DNA of 59,698 nucleotides, filler included, from Catajapyx aquilonaris (Eukaryota): NCBI GenBank assembly GCA_000934665.2. It is 4 parts of 4 records of this genome, joined end to end, with 100 filler letters (N's around TTAATTAATTAA, not from the genome) between each part and the next. Parts side by side here need not be neighbours in the genome. Positions count along the whole stretch, not along the records: positions 44,848 to 59,698 come from JYFJ02007669.1; 3 more parts are not named here. One strand, 5' to 3'. Shown piece by piece: positions 51,882 to 59,698 of this stretch (position 1 is its first letter; each line of letters starts with the position of its first letter). The notes under the pieces were generated by a model. It saw only the letters and a program-made list of their open reading frames with translations, ran no database searches and was not told where the DNA came from. The position numbers and the translations under genes were made by a program.

Positions 51882-52518
51882 CCAGATGTATGTCTGAAAT
51901 GGACACAGTGGCAAACTTGCTTCACAAATAAGCAACATGAGGCCATTCCATCTGCAACATTGAATGTTACCCACCGTAATCGTGGGCGATTCTTGCCTTT
52001 CCCCGCGAGAGGTTCCAAAGGCTTGTCATGGATCCTATGTGGGTCCTTTTCAAGACGAGGGCAATTACTGGGTCGACCTACGAGTTGAAAACAGACCCGA
52101 TTTTCACCTCTCGAATGCAACGAACTGGCAAGAAGACGACGCCATTTTGGTCGGGCCCATTCCGACGGCTGCAAAATCCTCCAGCTCTTCCCGCTTGAGT
52201 TCACATTTTGCCCGCATGGGGGCAGGGCATCCAACAACAAGTGCGCATACGATACTGTATCGTAGAAATGAGATAAAATCATGCTTGGTGCCACGTTTGT
52301 CCTCAAAAGCCCCAAATTATCTGGATATCACAGACTGGTCTGTTGGCCATTAAAATTATTGCAACACTATTATACAGTATATAATATATTACTAAATGAG
52401 TATTCCAACAAGGAAAGAGAGAGCCGTCATCAGAGGAGTTATTATGTATTTACAGCAGATTAGCTGTCCACAAAAACATAACTTTATAACAAACAGTTAG
52501 TTACACATTACAACTGTA

Positions 52519-52691
52519 CAGTGTTGGACATAAATCAAGGTATACTGCTAGTGACATTTTCTGAAGTGGCAGAAGAATGGATCTTGCTCGCCTGGCTTGC
52601 AGTATCCTTATCTTGGATTTCTTCTTCTGCCGATTCGGAAAATGTCACTAGCCACCAGTGCCTCGAATCCCTCGATTAATGTCCAACACTG
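52519..52691. mobile_element. Small TA-flanked MITE
   Basis: cagtgttggacat / atgtccaacactg with TA TSD. Confidence 0.7.
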
Positions 52692-53101
52692 TACATTGCT
52701 GGTATTCTGATTTTGTCATGCATTGGTCATGGAACCAAGCCAATGGACAAGGTCAACACCATATGCATGTCAAAAGCTGTTACAATGCAACAACCAGTCA
52801 ACTTGATTGATAACAATTGTTCTTTCCTTACTGGACTACTGTCACATTACGATGCACCTGTTTCATATTGGAATGTGTAGAAAATTTGTTACTCCTGTAA
52901 GCTTGGATCACATGAAAATAGAATGTCTTCATTCGACAATATTTTCTCTCTTGCATAATTAATTTGCAATACTTTCAACATACTCTTTGGAAAAGGGATC
53001 CCATATTTTGCAATATTTCCCATTGCAGAACAATCAAATCCATAAGAATAAAGTGCATGACCATTACCGAAGTAAATAACAACTTAAGTTTTTTTGCACG
53101 G

Positions 53102-53986
53102 CTAACATGAATGTAATTTACCCTCATCATAATGAACTCTCCTTTTATGGCTAAGCAAAGCATTAAATGTGGTACATTTCTTCTTGCAAAAGCCACATGG
53201 AAACAATTTCAGTGCCTCATGAACTGCACTTTTGTGTTTAGCAAGGTTCCTGTATGACACAAATGATTTTTGGCAAATTTCGCAAGCAAATGGCTTCTCA
53301 TTGGCATGGGCTGTCCTCCAATGATCAATTAATTCACCACGTATGCAAAATGCACTTTGGCAAAACTCACACCGAAGTGGTTTCTTTGTAGCATGAATTC
53401 TCTCCATATGACTTGCCAAGTGATACGTTGAGGAGAGGGATTTGTTGCATATGACACAAGTGTACTTAATTCCTGTCATTAAGCACCGCCTCGGCCTGGG
53501 TTTTAAGAACAGGTACGTAGAATTGTCACGTTGCTCTGGAATCTGTGCAGGATCACTTTTCACTTCTTCATCCGCATCTTCTTCTGATAGCACCATTTCT
53601 TTCTCATCTTCCCCTACATTCAGCTCCACTTCTGCAATAGTCTTCGCTTCCGTCACAGGGCGAGTTTCTCGTTTTACTTGCGCCATCCATGTTTCTTCAG
53701 CAGTGAAAGACTCGTCATGCTCCTCTACTTCTTCCTTCACTGTCGCAGTGTCATTGTAGGCTTTCCTCTCATGTTTAATTAATTCATCTTGTGTGAAAAA
53801 TGTCCTCTGGCAATTATACTCACACCTACGTGATGCAGCTGCATGAACTTTCTCCACGTGACTTGCTAGGTGATAAGCTGAGGAAAGGGATTTGTTGCAT
53901 ACAACACATGTGTATCTCACTTCTGCTGTCATGTTGGATGGCCTAGGTTTCGAGCACGCCATTTGATCTGGAATGTGAAGGAGCAT
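53102..53986 (-). CDS. C2H2 zinc-finger protein (~5-6 fingers, two clusters); ends uncertain
   Basis: CVVC..HVEKVH, CVIC..HMERIH, CEFC, CEIC, CGFC fingers separated by an acidic linker. Confidence 0.87.
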   Translation of the reverse strand: MLLHIPDQMACSKPRPSNMTAEVRYTCVVCNKSLSSAYHLASHVEKVHAAASRRCEYNCQRTFFTQDELIKHERKAYNDTATVKEEVEEHDESFTAEETWMAQVKRETRPVTEAKTIAEVELNVGEDEKEMVLSEEDADEEVKSDPAQIPEQRDNSTYLFLKPRPRRCLMTGIKYTCVICNKSLSSTYHLASHMERIHATKKPLRCEFCQSAFCIRGELIDHWRTAHANEKPFACEICQKSFVSYRNLAKHKSAVHEALKLFPCGFCKKKCTTFNALLSHKRRVHYDEGKLHSC

Positions 53987-54658
53987 TTTGTATCTCTGCA
54001 CTGAGGACACCTACATTATGCACACATCTTCAGCAGCAACCTCTGGTACCAATCATCTAATTGCAGAATCACCTTACAATCTTGTTACAACAGAAGGCGG
54101 CCATATTGGAAGGCGCACTCCTACGGCTGGTGCAGGATCAATCCATCACACCCACTCGAATGCACCGAAAGTGGAGCCCTATTTGAACTGCAATCTGAGC
54201 CAATCAATTATTGCAATTAATTATTAGGCAGGATTTGACGGCAATCCCACTGTACTGTACAGTAACACAAAAATACAGCAAAATCTTTTTTTTCCCTGAA
54301 TATGATCTGCCTGTGCAGGTACCTTTTCATCTGCAAATAATATGCGAAGGTGAGGTAAATGCCAAATGTTTCATTACTCTTTGGTAAAAGTAACTGAATA
54401 TATTACCATGCTAATGTTTCCATTTGTACATGGCCAAAAAAATACTGTAACAAGATGTCTGTCAGGATGACCAGGTTCGGCGGTCCTAATTTTCTACTCT
54501 GACGCCTGCAAGAGCTGGTTTTTGTCAGTAACTGGAGGGTTGGGTGTGTGAACTGAGGGTAAGTGTATGAACTCCCTTTGACCCCTACTGTAATAAAAAT
54601 AATTGGGCCACTGACATTGACTTGCCGGATGTCACACGAGTGGAAATCCTTATGGCAC

Positions 54659-55852
54659 TCATAGATGAGGTTGTAGCATTGCATCAATAGTTTTCATAAT
54701 TTCAATCCTGACAAGTAATTTCTCACTTATGGGGAATGACTTCAGCATGGGCAGCAAGGACATTAGAAAAGCTTTGTCATCATCAAACTCTTCAACTGGA
54801 GGTGGAGGTGGTGGTGCACTGCACTCACCAATCAAGTTCAATATTTCAGACTCAAAAGTAGTGATCTTTGACCTCTTCCTGGCCTGGTGGGCCAGTACGT
54901 TACTGCTGGCCCAAGAATTTGTTGAAGCATCCTCCACATTGTCTTGGTTGCCCTGTCCATCATTTCCCCCATCACTTTCTTCATTATCCTGCTCTTCCTC
55001 TGAATGCGCTTCCCCACTGTTGTCTGGTGATGGCAGAGGAGGCACGCTGGAGTCCATGCTGCAATATGTAGGCATCATCAGTGAGTCAGCTTTTGTGGGA
55101 ACTTGATTTTTCAAACCTTTGCTGCTTAAGAGTTGGCTTCAGGAACAGGAGTTGGTTATAATACCTGTACATCTTCCTCTTGAATGGCCCTTCAGGTGGC
55201 TCCTGTTGCAGGCGGTTAACTTCTTTTTTGAATGTATCCCGCAGAGATTTCCACCTTTTCTTGCTTTCTGACACTGTTTGCCGAAGATATTCAATGGTGC
55301 AGTTCACATAAATATGCTACATCACAATGTAAGATGAGCTGGAGGTAAATGTAACTTTGGAAATTCAGCAAGAAATGGCACATATTTCATAATGCAATGG
55401 GGTAGATATCAATTTTGCTGCAAAACATTTGTATTGACATCTTGTGTGCTCACAACATTTTGTCTACAACAGATGTACTTGTAGCAATCTCCTGTCTTGA
55501 AACAGAATTCCATGGTGATCCACAAGGCCGGATTTATGTAGTATTAATTAAGGACTATTGTACTATGTAAATGTTATGGGTTCAAAAGTACGAGTTAATT
55601 ATTGTGGTGGCAATGAAAATGTCATGTTAGTAATGAGTTGGGGAAAAAAAGCCATTTTCATCACAATGTCTTACCTTCCATATCTTTATCTAGCTGTGAA
55701 AAGCCTCCCCAGTTTGGGTTCAGAGCATGGCATACCTTCTCCCAAATCTTTCTTTTCGCACTTGGATTGCGGTAATCTGGCAATGATGGATCAAAGAGTG
55801 CAGGACGCTTCTTCACCTCACCAATTAAGATCTTAGCATCAACATCCGACAT
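54659..55852 (-). CDS. MADF-BESS (Adf-1-like) transcription factor, 244 aa; exons 55852-55675, 55273-55117, 55058-54659
   Basis: MADF LIGEVKKRPALFD...KIWEKV...KKRWKSLRDTF...YRYYNQLLFL; BESS DDDKAFLMSLLPMLKSF..EKLLVRIEI; GT-AG junctions in frame. Confidence 0.9.
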
Positions 55853-56397
55853 GATGAGGCTCCTGTGCCTTTGCCCCAAGTGGATGATTCCGTCAGAGGG
55901 TAATGGAGACCTTCCCTCAGCTGAATCATGACATCTTTGCTTCCTTTTTTGGCTGCATGCTGCCTTTGCTGAAAAAGGGCCAACCTTGACCACAGAATCC
56001 AGGGCATGTTGTGGGGTGCAGGAAAATCACTGCCGTCCAACAAATGCTGTATGAATGATCTCATGGTATCCACATGCTAGCTAAGGCCTAATGAATGGAC
56101 TTCAATGGGAAACAATTTGCCAAATATGAGTTACATATCTCAGATTATACTCTTTCACTAGTGTAGAATATGAAGGTTTGGTCATGGTTGTGGAATAATG
56201 ATCATAGGTCACAATGGAAGGCCCTGAAAGTGGGATTTACGATGGAACCTGATAGGCCTTCCAAATTTAAAATTGGAATATCTCAGTTTCACCTGAGTTG
56301 GACCTTGAGCGTTCGTCCCCCAAGGTCTTCATATACAGGGTAAAGGGAAACTTGCGGACAATCGCCAGTTAGACTTACAGTACTCATAAAACTGATA

Positions 56398-56707
56398 TAG
56401 GAATGTGCAATTAGTTTTGGGCGCCATTGCATAGTTAACGTGTACGGCACAGTCAAAATTTCATGAAGTCACATCTGTTCCGCCAGCTTCAATGAAGCTA
56501 AAGTTATCTCGAGGGCCTCCGAACAATCCAGCCTTCGGTCTGTAACGCATCGTCCATGTGCAATAGGTGATCAAATGCCATCAGATAAGAATCCGGGTGC
56601 GACACCCGTCGTTTTTACATCATATTTTACCATCCGGCCCTCTACACTTTAAAGGCGCCATATGTATTAACTACACAACGGCGCCCAAAACTAATTGCAC
56701 ATCCCTG
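56398..56707. mobile_element. Tc1/mariner-like MITE
   Basis: TIR core atgtgcaattagttttgggcgcc / ggcgcccaaaactaattgcacat, TA flanks. Confidence 0.75.
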
Positions 56708-57105
56708 TATTACTTTTGCGAGTACTATCAGTCTACCTGGCGATTGGCCTCGAGTTTCCCTTCAACCTGTATACTTTCAGGTATGAATATGAGACTGAGA
56801 AAAGAATGCAATATCACAACTGTCTTGTGTCCATCCATAGGCATGATTAAATGGGCCTTATGCGTATCGAAAGGACAAGATTTTATTCCTATCTCAGTCA
56901 GAGGACAAACTTGAAAAAATACACAGAAAAAAGCCATTTGCAATGAAATGGTGCAATATTACATTAATGACTTCCCACCTTGACAAATGGTTGAAGTGTT
57001 GCTTATACATGAATATTACATGGGAAATGAAGAAAAAAAAACCTGTTACCAAGTATCAATGGCTTAAGGGACTAATCCACATGTTGTAGTGAAAATGGCC
57101 TTCAT

Positions 57106-57820
57106 TTACGTGACTGAATTCACCTGTGATCCATAGTGGACAGTTCTGACATGGTTATGCAAGTTCTTGTATGCAGAAAATACTTCATGGCATGCGTCAC
57201 AAGGCCACTTATTTGCTGGTTCCAGATCATACTGAGAATGAACCGCTTTCATGTGCTGGATCCAGAAGTGATAGGAAATGAAAGTCTTTTGGCAAATGTG
57301 GCACCGGAATGGTTTGCCACTTGAATGGCTTTTAGCCGTGTGAGTGGCTAGATCAGTCTTCACACCGAATGACATTTGGCACAATTCACATGCAAATGGC
57401 TTCTCTTCTGAATGCATCCTCTTCATGTGAATGGCCAAATGGGACGGGGAATAGAGCCTTTTCTTGCAAACTGTGCATGTGACTTTCTTACACTTAGCCT
57501 TTTGTCTGCCCGTACCCTTACGATCCTCTCCTGAGTTTTGTTCGAGCGGATCTGCCGTCACATTATCGGAAGCCTCCTGCTTCACCACTGGCATTTCTTC
57601 TTCGAATACTTCCACCTTCATGTTGTCGATCCCAGTTGCGGTTTCCTCCTTCAGCGCTACAGCCCAAGTCTCTTCCGTGGTGGTAGCCTCCTCCTCCTCC
57701 TCCTCTTCCACCTCTTGTTTGACCTCCACTGCGGCCATGCCACTGGAAAACCAGAATGCGGAATAAGCCAAATGTCTAACACTGCAACGAGCTTCCATAC
57801 CTGCCAGTGCACCCCTCCAT
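57106..57820 (-). CDS. C2H2 zinc-finger protein (4 fingers); exons 57820-57801 and 57742-57106
   Basis: CTVC..HMKRMH, CELC, CHIC, CDAC fingers; 58-nt GT-AG intron gives in-frame MEGCTGSGMAAVEVK. Confidence 0.88.
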
Positions 57821-58814
57821 GTCGACCGTGTCTTTCAGCCCTGTTCTTATCCAGCCCAGCTTACTCCCAAAGCAGGCCTCAGTGAGCAAGAGGGGATCAA
57901 CACATTAAGAATCATGAGTTGATCGGACGCCATCTTGGCTTGGATTGGGGGCGCATTCGGACGGACGAACTGAAGCCACGAACAGTTCTCGCCAGATGGG
58001 AGCACTCGTCACCACATGTGACGTCACAAAAAAATACCGCTTCTGTTACATTCATTTGAATGTTTTATTGCGAATTATACTCTACAATATGATAAAACAT
58101 GCCCGTACGTAAAAAAAATCGCTGCAGTGAACCCAACATTACGATATTTTCTTGAACGTTGCAGCGGTTGCAGCATTTCTACACGTTAAAACCAAAAAAA
58201 TGCAAAATGTCAAAGAAATAAAATATGATTATGCCAACATTGTTGTACAGCGCTGGAAAAAAACTTTTCCTTGTATCCCCATAAGCAGGCGCAGATGAAA
58301 GCGCTGCTGGCGGGGGTTACACTGCGGTTTTTTCCAGTAGTGTACAGATGCGGATGGGTATACAGGTAAAATACACTGATAAGGCTTGATAAGGCTGATA
58401 CCAAACAAACAAAATGTCCTTGTGCATGTGCTGATTAATATATCATTTTATGTAACAATTGTAGAACAAAATAATTGAAAACGATGTAATCTAGTGTTAA
58501 AGGAAGGATTCTGGTTTCTTTTAGCAGCTGGAAGGGAACTGGCACATTTTCGTTACATTTCATTATTAACAGACCTGGATATAAATAACTCTCATTCCGT
58601 CACATACATCCTGCAACCTGCATCAGTATGCAATATAAGACAAGATTAACCCCTTCGGCCCCAGATCGCCCCGAACCACACAGTTTTTGGCTTACGCGTA
58701 CTCCGAAGATACGGACAAGATATTTTGCAAATAGTAACAGCTATACTTACGAGATCTGGGAAAACCCTATGAATGTGTCTAGAACCATTTTACTCGTCTA
58801 GAAGTCCCTAAATT

Positions 58815-59160
58815 TTTTTTTTTTTTTTACGTTACCCCGTGCTAAGGCGGAGCCTTTTTAGGGGGGTGGAATACCACCATTTCACTCCATTTTTCTGAAT
58901 TAACTTCAATCACCGGTGCAAGGAGTCAAGGATGTAGGGTAGGGATAGGGATTTTTGGGGAGGGAACATGGGTGCAAGGTGCACGTCTGCAAACGGGTCA
59001 TGTGCTGTTCCCCAGGAGGTTAGGTTGCCAGACACCTCCTTGGTGCAGGTCAGAGACCCTCCTGACGCAGGTGAAAGGATAGTTCCCCAGGCGGGGATCG
59101 AACCTGGGGCCTTTCACACAGCAAGCCGTGACGTTACCATCACGGCCACCACACCTCCCC
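58815..59160 (-). mobile_element. tRNA-derived SINE family A, full length
   Basis: A/B boxes, poly(A) tail, 14-bp TSD gaagtccctaaatt at 58801-58814 and 59161-59174. Confidence 0.92.
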
Positions 59161-59698
59161 GAAGTCCCTAAATTAATTTCCAAAAAAGGGCTATAATGAC
59201 TCGAAATTGGACTACTGCCGCCCAACTTTTAGGCTGATTTAATTATGAAAAGCGTGAAAATATGCGGAATAACAACCTTGAGAACCATGCCAGAGGAATT
59301 TGCTGAAATCGTCGTACTTTGCGAGAAACTAATTAATACTTATTTGCAGCTTTCTGGCACTTCGGAAAACTCCGCATACAGTTCTCCAAGGTTCTCTAGG
59401 TACATATTCAGGATATTTTAACATATTTCACAATTTTAATCTTTCTGGCCCAGCCACCTAGAATCTAGGCGCTAAGAACTCGACGGCAGAGTACAGCCAG
59501 CTTTATACATACAGTATGTAGCCTATATTATGTAAGGCTGAAATAGTCTGGAAAAAAGCATGCTGGGCAACATTGACCATCTGGGAAACAGACACTATCG
59601 GCTGCCGGTGCCAAATAGAAAATAATCCCCTCCCACGTGTTAGCTGCACGTGTGATACACCTGGCGTGGCGGCCTGGGAAATTGGACCGTGCTCTATT

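Noticed and set aside
55059..55116. Apparent frameshift in the MADF-BESS gene
   Set aside because: Explained by a 58-nt GT-AG intron that restores frame
58646..58700. TTAA|CCC piggyBac-like left end
   Set aside because: No matching right TIR found within the window

Overview
Eukaryotic (arthropod-type) genomic DNA made of four ~14.8-kb segments joined by artificial 100-nt spacers (44N-TTAATTAATTAA-44N), so adjacency across spacers means nothing biologically. Segment 1 holds tRNA-derived SINEs, a decayed Helitron Pif1 helicase, an intronless divergent ionotropic receptor (IR) gene with a small pseudogenised paralog fragment, and a LINE remnant. Segment 2 holds many MITEs/non-autonomous DNA transposons, SINEs and the last three exons of YIF1. 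Segment 4 holds three C2H2 zinc-finger genes and a MADF-BESS gene, all on the minus strand. Segment 3 holds a gustatory-receptor-like fragment and the standout locus at 32606-39649. This is an uninterrupted (no coding introns) NLR/STAND-like gene reconstructing to ~1842 aa: OTU-like cysteine protease, PD-(D/E)XK-type nuclease, NB-ARC P-loop NTPase, TPRs, ankyrin repeats. It resembles bacterial antiviral STAND (Avs) and endosymbiont toxin architectures. In this copy it is broken by two in-frame TAA codons and a 1507-bp hAT/Buster insertion with a perfect 8-bp TSD. All calls come from reading motifs by eye; no searches were run.
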